Below are positions 10,269-20,470 of a DNA stretch of 64,000 bases, in pieces; within the stretch, counting starts at the first letter, position 1, and each line of letters begins with the position of its first letter. The notes under the pieces were generated by a model that did not search any database, was not told the DNA's origin, and saw only the letters and a program-made list of their open reading frames with translations. Both the position numbers and the translations under genes were made by a program. The stretch lies in the NCBI GenBank assembly GCA_963765205.1, contig CAVXVB010000009.1:288001-352000 (forward strand), read 5' to 3'. This DNA comes from an uncultured Verrucomicrobiae bacterium (GTDB lineage Bacteria > Verrucomicrobiota > Verrucomicrobiia > Opitutales > JABDGR01).

Positions 10269-11222
10269 ATGCTTGAGCGACCGACTTGGCCAAACATCGA
10301 AGTCCTGTGCAGTGACTGGCCAGACTACGCTTTGCTCGACTCCGGGCGGCGACGCAAGCTGGAGCGGTTTGGCGCGCAGGTCATCATCCGCAGTGAGCCG
10401 AAGGCGTGGTGGGAGCCGGCGTTGCCGGAAGCAGAGTGGGCGCGCGCGCAGGCGGTGCATGAAAACGACGACCGCTGGCAACTGGCGTCGGGCGCGGTGC
10501 GCGAGTGGACGATGCGCTGGCGCGAATTGACGCTCCAGGCGAAACTCACCGACGCCTCGAAACACCTCGGTGTTTTTCCCGAGCAGGCGCCGCATTGGGA
10601 GTTTATTCGGGCGCGGAGCGCAATGGAAAATGGAAAATGGAAAATGGAAAAAGCCGGGGCTGGCGGTGACCGTGGTGGAGCGGCGGAGGATGGCGAACGG
10701 CCCAAGCTGCTCAATTTATTCGGCTACACGGGGGTGGCGACGCTGGCGGCGGCGGCTGCGGGTTTTGCCGTGACGCATGTCGATGCCTCAAAACCGGCGG
10801 TGGCGTGGGCGCGGCACAACCAAAAGCTTTCCGGCCTTGACGAAGCGCCGATCCGCTGGATTCTCGACGACGCGGTGAAATTTGTCCGGCGCGAAATCCG
10901 GCGCGGCGTGCGTTACGACGCGCTGGCGCTCGACCCGCCGTCGTTTGGCCGCGGCCCGGCGGGCGAAATCTGGAAAGTCGAGACCGGCTTGCCGGAATTG
11001 CTGGCGCTGTGCCGCGAGGTGCTCGTTGAAAAACCGCGTTTCGTGCTGCTGACGCTCTATAATCTGGAAGCATCGTCGCTGATGCTTGGCAACGTGCTTG
11101 AACAAATGATGCGCGGGCAGCCGGGCCGGATTAGCATCGGCGAATTGGCGCTGGCCGCCACCGCGCCGGGCTCGCGGCTACTGCCGCTTTCGTTGTGGGG
11201 GAGATGGGAAGGAGTGGGGTGA
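10269..11222 (+). CDS. class I SAM-dependent methyltransferase (RlmI/RlmK-like)
   Basis: LLDSG..KLERFG, GVFPEQ, LNLFGYTG, DPPSFGRG motifs. Confidence 0.88.
   Translation: MLERPTWPNIEVLCSDWPDYALLDSGRRRKLERFGAQVIIRSEPKAWWEPALPEAEWARAQAVHENDDRWQLASGAVREWTMRWRELTLQAKLTDASKHLGVFPEQAPHWEFIRARSAMENGKWKMEKAGAGGDRGGAAEDGERPKLLNLFGYTGVATLAAAAAGFAVTHVDASKPAVAWARHNQKLSGLDEAPIRWILDDAVKFVRREIRRGVRYDALALDPPSFGRGPAGEIWKVETGLPELLALCREVLVEKPRFVLLTLYNLEASSLMLGNVLEQMMRGQPGRISIGELALAATAPGSRLLPLSLWGRWEGVG
10622..10651 (+). repeat. AAAATGG heptamer array inside the methyltransferase CDS
   Basis: AATGG AAAATGG AAAATGG AAAATGG AAAA read in frame as MENGKWKMEK. Confidence 0.75.
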
Positions 11223-11325
11223 GAAGTCAGAAGTCAGAAGCCAGAAGTTCGGGCGAAAAAATGCAAGACAGTGATCTGGCAAGATTTTTTCTGGACTCCT
11301 GACTCCTAAATTCTGTCTTCTGTCT
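11222..11325. repeat. inverted heptamer arrays (AGAAGTC / GACTCCT-TTCTGTC)
   Basis: AGAAGTC AGAAGTC AGAAGCC AGAAGTT then complementary degenerate heptamers between convergent genes. Confidence 0.65.
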
Positions 11326-11339
11326 CCCTCCCTCCGCCC

Positions 11340-12551
11340 CTACCGCTTCGCCGTGGTCGTTTTGATTTCGAGACGGTCAATGATGGAGGCGTCGTTGGCA
11401 TGGTTGACGGCGTCTTCGAACGAGATGATGCCCCGCTCGTAAAGCGAGATCAGCGATTGCTCGAGCGTGTTCATGCCTTCCTTGACGCGCGTTTCGATGG
11501 CGCCGTTGATCTGCTGCCAGTTGCCGGTGCGAATAAGGTTGGCGATCGCGTGGTTGTTGCGCAGCACTTCCATCGCCACGCAGCGCCCGTGCCCGTTGGC
11601 GCGCGGGATGAGTTTTTGGCAGATGACGTAGGACAAGCTGAAGGACAATTGCACCATCAGCTCGCGGTTGCGCTCGGGCGGGAACATGTCCACCATGCGG
11701 GTCAGCGCGCCGACGGTGTCGCGCGTGTGCATGGTCGAGAAGACGAGGTGGCCGGTTTCCGCGGCGGTCAGGGCCTGCGAGGCGGTTTCGGCGTCGCGAA
11801 TTTCGCCGACGTAGATGATGTCGGGGTTTTCGCGCAAAACGCTGCGCAGGCCGGAGGCGAAGCTGACGGCGTGCAGGCCGACTTCGCGCTGGGAAAAGAG
11901 CGCGCGCTTGTTGGGGAACACGAATTCAATCGGGTCCTCAAGGGTGATGACGCGCACCGGGCGCAATTCGTTGATGCGCGCGAGCAGGCTGGCGATGGTG
12001 GTGGACTTGCCGCTGCCCGTCATGCCGGTGAGGAGCACAAAGCCCTGCTTGGCCCCGACGATGCTGCGCCAGGGAATCTCCGAGGGAAAGCCGATTTCCT
12101 CGACGCGCGGGATGAAGGGCGGCAGCAGGCGGATGACCGCCGCCAGGCCGTCGCGGTCCCGAAAGACGTTGATGCGGAAATAATAATTGCCGCCGGGCAG
12201 CTCGAAGGCGGCGTCCACGTCCACCAGCGGATCGTTGCGCAATTGGGCGATGTGGCTGGGGCGCAGCAGGGAGAAGACCATCGGCTCGATCAACTCCGGG
12301 GTGAGCCGCACGCCACCGGGGATGGTCTGCAATTCATCATCGAGGCGGAAGCGCACCGGCTCGCCGACTTTCAGGTGAAAGTCGGAGACGCGCGGCAGGC
12401 CGTGGCTGAGATATTCCTTGGAAACGGCGCTGGCCAGCAAGTCCACCATGCTGTAAACATGGTCGCCGGCCTTGTAGATTTTGCGCTGGGGATCGAACGG
12501 CCCCGCGGGGTCCTTTTCGCTCGGTGGGATGGCTGGTAGCGGATCGGGCAT
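11340..12551 (-). CDS. pilT: type IV pilus retraction ATPase, PilT/PilU family
   Basis: GMTGSGKST, EDPIE, LRENPDIIYVGEIRD, AETGHLVFSTMH, AIANLIR. Confidence 0.9.
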   Translation of the reverse strand: MPDPLPAIPPSEKDPAGPFDPQRKIYKAGDHVYSMVDLLASAVSKEYLSHGLPRVSDFHLKVGEPVRFRLDDELQTIPGGVRLTPELIEPMVFSLLRPSHIAQLRNDPLVDVDAAFELPGGNYYFRINVFRDRDGLAAVIRLLPPFIPRVEEIGFPSEIPWRSIVGAKQGFVLLTGMTGSGKSTTIASLLARINELRPVRVITLEDPIEFVFPNKRALFSQREVGLHAVSFASGLRSVLRENPDIIYVGEIRDAETASQALTAAETGHLVFSTMHTRDTVGALTRMVDMFPPERNRELMVQLSFSLSYVICQKLIPRANGHGRCVAMEVLRNNHAIANLIRTGNWQQINGAIETRVKEGMNTLEQSLISLYERGIISFEDAVNHANDASIIDRLEIKTTTAKR

Positions 12552-12725
12552 GATAGAGGAGGATCTACAGAAAAGATGCTCCGGGTGGGAGCACAGCGGG
12601 GCGGAATTCTCTTATCAGTTAAAGGAGCGGCTTGCCGAAAAAGGTTGGGCAGCGGGCCGGGAAAAACGCCAAATTTGGCCACGCAAAAGGCTGTTGGGGA
12701 ACGACCCCCAATGCAAGCCCGAAGC

Positions 12726-13484
12726 TCAGGACGGCCAGTAGACCACGCGGCCGCAACTGTCGCACGCGACGGGTTTGCCGCCGTGGCGGGCGGCTTCGGA
12801 GATTTCGTTGGACACGCGGAGGTGGCAGCCGCCGCAGCGGTGGTCGTCGAGGGGGGCCAGGTAGGGCGGGCGTTTGGCGCGGGATTTGGCCGTGTCGTAG
12901 GCCCGCCGCCAGTTGGCGGGGACGCTGGCGGCCGCGGCTTCGACCGCGCCGGTTTGGGCTTCGAGGTTGGCCCGGCATTGCGCTTCCTTGCGGTGGACGA
13001 GCGCGACCTGGCCGTCGAGGTTGGCGGCGCGCAGCTTATACTCGGCCTCGGCGGCGCGCAGGGCTGCGGTCGCCTCGTCAATTTTCATCATTTGCTCGAG
13101 TTCCTCGGTCTCGATGGCGCCAACGCCGGCCTCGGCGGTTTCAATTTGGTGCGAGAGCGCCTGGTATTCGTCGTTTTTGCGCACCTCGACTTGCTGGATC
13201 TTGAACTTTTGCACCTGCGCCTCGGCCAACTTGAGGCGGTTGTCCATGTCCTTGCGCTGGACTTCGAGGTCCTGCAGGGCTTTGCGCCGGGCTTCGAGGA
13301 TGGCTTTTTCCTCGGCGGCGGTTTTGGCTAGCGCGGCCAGTTCCGCCGGAATCTGTTTCAATTGCGCCTCCAACTGCGTGCGGATGACATCCGTCTCCTG
13401 GAGTTTGAGCGTGGCGGTGAGCGCCGCATTGAGTTCGGCCGGGGTCGGCGCCGCGCCGTGGGGATGCAAATTCGCCGTCGTCAT
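12726..13484 (-). CDS. coiled-coil protein with C4-type zinc ribbon (CT398/HP0958-like)
   Basis: long coiled coil, KNDEYQAL, CGGCH...CDSCGR. Confidence 0.88.
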   Translation of the reverse strand: MTTANLHPHGAAPTPAELNAALTATLKLQETDVIRTQLEAQLKQIPAELAALAKTAAEEKAILEARRKALQDLEVQRKDMDNRLKLAEAQVQKFKIQQVEVRKNDEYQALSHQIETAEAGVGAIETEELEQMMKIDEATAALRAAEAEYKLRAANLDGQVALVHRKEAQCRANLEAQTGAVEAAAASVPANWRRAYDTAKSRAKRPPYLAPLDDHRCGGCHLRVSNEISEAARHGGKPVACDSCGRVVYWPS

Positions 13485-15280
13485 GCCGCCATTGAGCCGG
13501 GCGGCGCGAAATAGGCAACCGCAAATGGCGGCCAATAATTTTGTCCGCTTTCCAGCGCCGGCGGTGCTATTATTATAAGACCCCATCATGGATGACTGCG
13601 AATTATTGCGAGAATACCGCGAGCACCGCTCCGACCAGGCCTTTGCCGAACTGGTGGAGCGGTATCTCCCGCTCGTTTATACAACCGCTTGCCGGGTGTT
13701 GGGCCAGCCCCCGGCCGCGGAAGACGTGGCCCAGGCGGTCTTTATTCAACTTGCCCAAAAGGCGCCTTCCCTTCGGGAAGGCCAGGCGCTGGCGGGCTGG
13801 CTTTACCGGGCCGCCCAACACGACGCCTTGAATGCCCTGCGCCGCGAAAAAAGGCGCCGCCAACGTGAAACCGCAGCCATGAATCTCGCCGAAGAAAGTT
13901 CCCGTCCGCAGGTTGTGCCCGAGCAACTCGCGCCGTTGCTTGAACAGGCCATTGGGCAATTGCGCCGGGTGGAACAGGACGCCATCGTGCTGCGTTTTTT
14001 CCAGGGCAAGAGCTTCCGCGAAACCGGCCAGGTCCTGGCGATGAGCGAAGAAGCCGCGCGCAAACGGGTGGACCGCGCGTTGGACAAAATGCGCGCGTAC
14101 TTTGCCCGCTGCGGCATCACCGCCAGCGCCGCGTTGCTGACCTCGACCCTCAGCGCCCACGGGGCCGGGTCGCCGGTGCCCGCAGGATTGGCCGCCAAAG
14201 TGGCGGGGGTCTCGGTGGCGAACGCCGCCTCCGGCACGCTCGCCGGCTCATTCTTGAACGCGCTTTATATGGCCACCAACACCAAAATCATCCTGACCGC
14301 CGCGCTCCTCGGCGCGGCCTTTGCCATCGGCTGGTCTAGCTCCGACTTCGCGCCAGCCCAGCCTTTACCCTCCGTCAAGGAGGTGGTCGTCAAAAATGTT
14401 CCGCGATCACCCGCCGACGCCCTGGCCCAAGCCAGAGCCGACCTCGCCAAACTTCTCCGCCTCCCTGACCAAGATGATCGCCGACGGATGATTTTGGATT
14501 ATGTGGCAAAGCTGAACGCTTCAGACACCCGGGCCTTGCTGGCCGAATTTGCGGCCAAGCCGTTGACCGGATCCAACCAGGAACTTTTGGACTACATGGC
14601 CTACCACTGGGCTGAATTAGACCCTGACGCCGCCTGGGCTTGGTTGCAGACCGTTCCAAGTAAGCAGGTGCAAAGCCTTTGCGCCAATAGTATCTTTGAC
14701 GCTTATTCGGCCAAGGACGCGCCAGCCGCTTTCAAAGCTCTCACCAAATTGCCCGCCAATTATGACTTCATCCAACTGGCTGTGACCGTGATTAATAATT
14801 ATGCCGAGCAGGATCCGCGCGCCGCTCTGGCTGCGCTGCAGAACGCTTTTAATAATAACCGAGCTTTCGAGCCGTTTTTTCCGGAAGTCTTTGGTCAATG
14901 GACCCAGCAGGATCCGGCCGCCGCCGCGGCCGCGCAAGCTGACCTGCCGGCTGGCCCTCAGCAAACATCCGCTTTGCGAACGATTGCCCAAACTTGGGCC
15001 ACGCAAGACCCAGCGGCGGCGCTGGCGTGGGCCAACACATTGCCTGACGCTCAAAGGCAAACGATGGCAGTAAATCTTATTTTGAATGCTTCTAGCAAGG
15101 TGGATCCGGCGGCGGCGGCAAACTATGTTCTCGCTAATTCCTCATCTGCACCAGGTGGGGCGGCCCTCTCAACTATTGTTGTTCAAAACTGGGCGGCAGT
15201 CGATCCTTCGGCCTTGCTGACTTGGGCCAACCAAAATCTTACCGGCCAGGCTTACAACCGGGCAGCCATTCAAGGGCTTA

Positions 15281-16162
15281 GAGCTTATCCGTAAATAAGG
15301 ATTGCGTTGAGAAGGCGGCGGGATAAACTGCGGGGATGCCGCGACTATCCTCCTGGGAAATCTCTGATGAATTCTGGGCCAAAGTCGAGCCTTTGGTTCC
15401 CGCGCGCGCCGGCCGGAAGGCGGGCGGGCGCTACCGTCGCGCCGCAGGCGCGGGCCGCAAGGCCCTCGCGCCTCGACGCATCTTCGAGGCGGTGGTTTAC
15501 GTGCTGCGCACGGGTTGCCAGTGGAAAGCGCTGTCCAAGGCCCGGTATGGCAGCGCCAGTTCCGTGCACAAATACTTTCAGCAGTGGCACGCCGCCGGAT
15601 TCTTCGAGGCGTTGTGGCGGGCCGGTCTGGCCGACTACGATGAATTGGAGGGCATCGCGTGGCGGTGGCAAAGCATCGATGGCTCCCTGGTCAAGGCCCC
15701 TCTGGCGCGCGAAGCGGTGGGAGCCAACCCCACCGACCGGGGAAAAAAATGGGAGCAAGCGCAGCGTGCTGGTGGACGCCCGTGGCGTCCCGCTGTCGCT
15801 CATCGTCGCCGGGGCCAATGAACACGACGTGACGCTGGTGCGCCGCACGTTGCGCCAGCGCCACGACCGGCGCACGGCCCATTTGTGTGCCGACAAGGGT
15901 TACTGGGGGAAACCGGGCCTGCGCACCATGCGCCAATACGGCTACCGTCCGCATGTGCCTGCCCGCGGAGCCAAACCAGCCCCGCGCCGATCCACCGGCC
16001 AAGCCCGTCGCTGGGTGGTGGAACGCACCGCTTCCTGGCTCAACCGCTACCGCAAACTCCTCGTGCGGTTTGAGAAAACCGCCGCCTCCCACGAAGCCTT
16101 GCTCTGTCTCGCCAGCGCGCTTATTGTTTACAGACGAACAACTTTTATTTACGGATAAGCTC
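15281..16162 (+). mobile_element. IS5-family insertion sequence (882 bp)
   Basis: perfect 18-bp terminal IR GAGCTTATCCGTAAATAA; TTA duplicated at 15278-15280 and 16163-16165. Confidence 0.93.
15336..16158 (+). CDS. IS5-family transposase in two frames joined at GGAAAAAAA (~15741-15749)
   Basis: orfA YVLRTGCQW...SIDG..NPTDRGK; orfB GSKRSVLVDARGVP, ADKGY, RWVVERT..WLNRYRKL. Confidence 0.9.
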
Positions 16163-16710
16163 TTAGTCAACTGGGCAATTCCGACCCTGCGGCGGCGGCG
16201 GCCTACCTGGCCCAAAATCCCGATCCCGACGTTGTTGCCCAAGCGGTTCCCGCGCTCGCCGCCGCCTGGGGGCAGCAGGATCCGCCAGCCGCGCTGGCGT
16301 GGGCGCAGTCTTTGCCTTCGGACAATGTCAGCTTGCGCAAAACGGCGATCAGCCAGGCAATCTCGGGCTGGGGGGGGAACCAACCCTGCCGCTGCCGCCG
16401 CCTACATCCAGCAAAACTTCGCCGCCAGCCCTGATTTTGGCAATCTGACCTCCCATTTAGCCACCACATGGGGAGCCACTGATCCGCAAGCCGCAGTGCA
16501 ATGGGCCAAAAGTTTGCCCTCTGATGTGCAAGCACCTGCTTCCATCGCGGCGGTCACCCAGCTTGGTAAAGTCGATCCCGAGGCAGGAAGCAAGGCTGCG
16601 CAAGCAGCGCTCGGCAGCCTTCCCAACCTGACCGAGAGCCAACAAACCGCCTTGCAAAAGATCATTGACGCCGCTGTTTCGCATTAACCAGCCCAATTAT
16701 TCCTTGCCCC

Positions 16711-18798
16711 ATGTCACCGCCCATGCCAATTCCATCCGCAAAGAATAAGGCCCCCGCCCAATCCTGGAAGGCGTGGGCCAGGCTGGTTGCATTCATAATC
16801 GTCGCCTTTGCCGGCGGACGCTATCTGGCCGGCCATCTGGCAGGTTCTGGCACCGGCACTTCGGGCAAAAGTGACGCATCCCGGCATGTTCCAGCAAAGA
16901 AATCCGGCCCTCCCTCCGCTAGCGAAATCGCCGAAGCCAAAACGAATCTTGCCGAAGTTCTTAGCACGCCTGGCCGGCTGGCCAGCATTCAAGCACTTGA
17001 CGATTATGTTGCGACCCTCGACAAAGACATGGTGAAGGCACTACTGAACGACCTAAACAAGCAAGGAGCGATACCCGCCCTCTATCGCTATCGCGTCCTG
17101 CCCGAGCTGATGAATCGCTGGGCGGAATTGGATCCTCAAGCCGCCATCAGCTGGTTATTGAATAGTGCCGAACCCAGTATGAAGGAGTACTGCACTGAGG
17201 ATCTATTTGATGCTCTTTCCGCCCGCGACCCCGCCGCCGCTCTCGCTGCTTGGCCCCAGTTCCGAGGACAGCCTGGCGCAGTTTTTGGAATTTATAGAAT
17301 ATTTGAAAGCTACGCTCAACAAAATCCTCAGGCCGCCTTGGCGGCGCTGCAAGCCCTGCCTCCGGGCCTCCTGCCTCCGGGCACAGAGTCCTCTAATGTA
17401 TATTCCTCCATATTTACCGCCTGGGCCGAACAAAACCCCGCCGCCGCCGCGGCCGCCGTCGCCAATATGGCGCCCAGCGCCGCGCGTAATGATTCTCTGG
17501 ATGCGATCATTCGCACTTGGACACCGCAAGACCCTACGGCGGCTTTGGCTTGGGCGCAGACATTCCCTCCCGGCAAACTAAAAGATGCGGTGGTTGACAC
17601 AGTGATCCAGGTTGCCAGTCAAAATGACCCGGCGGACGCGGCCAATTACGCCATGCAACTGCCCAGTGGCGCGAACCAAGATATTCTTCTTAATGGAATT
17701 ATTAACAATTGGGCGCAAGCCGACCCGACTCAGTTGTTGAATTGGGCTGGCCAAAACCTGACCGGCGCGCAATACGACACCGCCACCTTGGCCGCGCTGA
17801 GAGTGGAGAGCACAACCAACCCCGCTGCGGCCGCGGCTTTAGTGACGCAAAATAATGATGCCAATATTACCAACCAAACTATTTTGTCAATTGCCCAAAA
17901 TTGGACCCAACAGGATCCCCAAGCGGCTTTATCCTGGGCGGTGTCTCTGCCGGTGGACAATACCACCACCCGAGACACCGCCATCAAGGATGTTCTTTCA
18001 GCATGGATCGGCAGTGATCCGAGTGCCATGGCCGCTTACCTCGTGCAAAATTTCGCCACGGATCCGTCTTTTACGACACTCGCCACCTCGACCGCAGCCA
18101 CCTGGGAAAAATCTGATCCACAGTCAGCGTTAACGTGGGTCAATAGCCTGCCTCCGGGCGAGGCCCAAAACTCGGCGACCTTGGCTGCCATCGGTAGTTA
18201 CGCCTCGGCAAACCCTCAGGCTGCCTGGAACGTCGCATCGCAATTACCTGGTGCAACCAGGACTCAAGCAGAGCTAAATGTAATCACTACTTGGGCCTCG
18301 GCGGACCCTCAATCTGCTTGGAACGTTGCATCGCAATTATCTGATGCAACCGGAACTCAAGCAGAGCTAAATATAATCACTGCCTGGGCAAGGAAGAATC
18401 CGGCTCAAGCAGCCCAAGCCATTGCAAACATTCCGGCTGGTCCAGAACTCGACACGGCCACGTCTACAGTGGCGGGAAGCTGGTTGATTTCCGATCCTAA
18501 TTCCGCTTCGCAATGGGTTAACACGCTGCCCCAAGGCTCCGCCAAAGATGCGGCCATCAATCAGATCATAACGATTGTTGGCAAAAACGACCCCGGAACG
18601 GCTTATAATTGGGCCGTCACAATGAGCGATCCAGCCGTTCGCAATGACCAAGCGGTCAGCCTTGCCACGCACTGGTCTAATCAAAACCCCGCCGCTGCCG
18701 CTACGGCCGCGCAAAACGCGCTGGGCAACCTCTCTGGCCTGACCCCCGACCAGCAAGCCGCCCTCCAAAGCATCGCGGCCAAGGCGTCTGCGCCTTGA
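16711..18798 (+). CDS. membrane-anchored protein with tandem W-x3-(D/N)P-x-AA-x2-W helical repeats; paralog of the ECF extension
   Basis: N-terminal TM, more than 12 repeats, colinear similarity to 14300-16687 (LLNWAGQNLTG vs LLTWANQNLTG; QQAALQSI vs QQTALQKI). Confidence 0.85.
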   Translation: MSPPMPIPSAKNKAPAQSWKAWARLVAFIIVAFAGGRYLAGHLAGSGTGTSGKSDASRHVPAKKSGPPSASEIAEAKTNLAEVLSTPGRLASIQALDDYVATLDKDMVKALLNDLNKQGAIPALYRYRVLPELMNRWAELDPQAAISWLLNSAEPSMKEYCTEDLFDALSARDPAAALAAWPQFRGQPGAVFGIYRIFESYAQQNPQAALAALQALPPGLLPPGTESSNVYSSIFTAWAEQNPAAAAAAVANMAPSAARNDSLDAIIRTWTPQDPTAALAWAQTFPPGKLKDAVVDTVIQVASQNDPADAANYAMQLPSGANQDILLNGIINNWAQADPTQLLNWAGQNLTGAQYDTATLAALRVESTTNPAAAAALVTQNNDANITNQTILSIAQNWTQQDPQAALSWAVSLPVDNTTTRDTAIKDVLSAWIGSDPSAMAAYLVQNFATDPSFTTLATSTAATWEKSDPQSALTWVNSLPPGEAQNSATLAAIGSYASANPQAAWNVASQLPGATRTQAELNVITTWASADPQSAWNVASQLSDATGTQAELNIITAWARKNPAQAAQAIANIPAGPELDTATSTVAGSWLISDPNSASQWVNTLPQGSAKDAAINQIITIVGKNDPGTAYNWAVTMSDPAVRNDQAVSLATHWSNQNPAAAATAAQNALGNLSGLTPDQQAALQSIAAKASAP

Positions 18799-18880
18799 AC
18801 GGACACAAAGGAATTGCCCAAAAAAATCCTCCTTTGCACTCTTGGCGTCTTTGCGGTGAAAATCAATTACCCAAAAGGCG

Positions 18881-20305
18881 CTAACTGCTGCCGCTGGGAT
18901 TGGCGGGCGGGGGGGGCGAACTGGGGCGGTTAAGTTTCAGTCCGAGGCGCGGGGTGGCCGGAGGCGGCGCGGCGGGCGGCGGTTCGGAGGGTTTTGCTTC
19001 TGCAGGGGCGGCGGGCGGCGGGGTTTCAGCGGATGTGGCGGGTGGCGGCGGGGGTGGGGCGTAAGGGGGCACCGGCACTGGTGGATTCGTCGGCGCGCTG
19101 CGGCTGGGCATGGAGAGTTTCGGGCGATGGGTTTCCGGCGCAGGCGCGGAAGCAGACGACGCGGCGGCGACAGGCGTGGCGGGCGCGGCCGGAGTCGCAG
19201 CACTCGCGGGCGCGTGATGCGAAGGCATCGTAAGTTTCGGGCGCGGAGCTTCCGGCGCGGGGGTTGGTGGCGCAGGAGTTGGCGTTTCCGGTGCGGGAGT
19301 TGGTGACGCGGACGCGGCGGGCGGTGGTTCGGCGGGCGCGGCCGGAGTTGCGGGTGCTTTGCGCAAAGGCACGGTAAGCTTGCGCGGTGCTTCGGGCGCG
19401 GGAGCGGGTGCCGGAATGGGCGGACGGGTGGCGGCGGGTGGAGAGGGAATGGGCGGCTGCGTCGTGCCGGATGGGGGCGCCGGGCTGGGGTGTCGCGAAC
19501 CAGGAAACGGCAATTTTTTCGACGGCAGCGGGATGGTTTTGGTCGGGGGCGGTTCGGCGGGTGTCTCGGCGGCGGCCCCGGCGGGCGCGGTCTCGCCTTG
19601 GGCGGCGGCCAATTTGGCTTCGACGGCATCGAGGGCGGGGTTGGAAACCACCGGGGCGGCCGGGACTTTGCGCTTCTTAATATCCCAAATTTTAATACCA
19701 ACTAACATAACAACCAGGCCCACGCCGACACCGACATAGGTGGGCATCGAAGACCCGGCCGGCGCGGGCGGCGGGGCCGCCGGGGCGGCGGCGGCGGCCG
19801 GCTTCGCGGTTCCCGCTGAGGCGGCGGGATGGCTGGTTCCACTGGAAGCGGCGGGCTTGGCCGTCGTGGCGGCCGAAGCGGCCGAGGGTGCCGCGGTGGC
19901 TGTGGGGGTCATACCGGCCGTTGCTGGCGCGGGGGTGGTCGCAGGGGCCGGCGCAGCCACGGGTGCGGGCGGAGCCAGCAATTTGGGCGGGATTTCCGTT
20001 GCGTGGTCGTTCACCAAAGTGATTTGGCCTTCGGCATACGTCAACATTGTCACGGCGTTGGGCCCATCCTGTTTGCCGAGAACCATGCGCGCTTGGCCGA
20101 GCTTGGCTTCAATGGCGGCCTCCGAGTCGCCGGGCTGGACGACGGCGCGGCCGGCGGCGGTGGTTGGCACGAGGGAGGGCGCCGGGGCGGTGGCGGCAGC
20201 CTGGCCGCGCGCAGGTGGGGCGATGGTGAGCGCGGCCAAGCCCAACAGCCCGGCGCAAAATAGATTCCGCCAGCCGGCGGGGGGCCATGAGCGAGAAGCG
20301 AGCAT
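18881..20305 (-). CDS. Pro/Ala-rich single-pass membrane protein with signal peptide
   Basis: signal-like N-terminus, small globular domain, TM YVGVGVGLVVMLVGI followed by KKRK, Pro-rich tail; start uncertain. Confidence 0.7.
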   Translation of the reverse strand: MLASRSWPPAGWRNLFCAGLLGLAALTIAPPARGQAAATAPAPSLVPTTAAGRAVVQPGDSEAAIEAKLGQARMVLGKQDGPNAVTMLTYAEGQITLVNDHATEIPPKLLAPPAPVAAPAPATTPAPATAGMTPTATAAPSAASAATTAKPAASSGTSHPAASAGTAKPAAAAAPAAPPPAPAGSSMPTYVGVGVGLVVMLVGIKIWDIKKRKVPAAPVVSNPALDAVEAKLAAAQGETAPAGAAAETPAEPPPTKTIPLPSKKLPFPGSRHPSPAPPSGTTQPPIPSPPAATRPPIPAPAPAPEAPRKLTVPLRKAPATPAAPAEPPPAASASPTPAPETPTPAPPTPAPEAPRPKLTMPSHHAPASAATPAAPATPVAAASSASAPAPETHRPKLSMPSRSAPTNPPVPVPPYAPPPPPPATSAETPPPAAPAEAKPSEPPPAAPPPATPRLGLKLNRPSSPPPPANPSGSS

Positions 20306-20470
20306 GGGACCAAGGATGCAAACACCGGATAGGGCTGTCAATCACGCCCGCGCGGTCGTCTTAACAGCCCCCTATCTGGAGCGTCGTGCTGGCCCCGCGC
20401 CAAGGAGTTGATCGGGCCTTGACAAATGGGGGTCTTGAAGGAAAATACTTCCCAGCGCCTCTTTACCCCT

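Larger units (their letters stand above)
13588..16687 (+). pseudogene. ECF sigma factor with TM helix and C-terminal helical repeat extension, interrupted by IS5
   Basis: sigma2 (AFAELVERY, AEDVAQAVF, LAGWLY) and sigma4 (IVLRFFQGKS..AARKRVDRAL); removing the IS and one TTA restores the frame (QGL-SQLGNSDPAAAA); additional +1 in the G8 run at 16370-16377. Confidence 0.88.

Noticed and set aside
9009..10595. 528-aa minus-strand ORF
   Set aside because: Antisense shadow of glmS and the methyltransferase.
18800..18865. 9-bp-period repeat relic (CTTTGCACT CTTGGCGT CTTTGCGGT)
   Set aside because: Too short and degenerate to call confidently.
20342..20470. Moco riboswitch upstream of the molybdoenzyme operon
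   Set aside because: The leader is short and I see no matching structure; only a TTGACA at 20419 with a weak -10.
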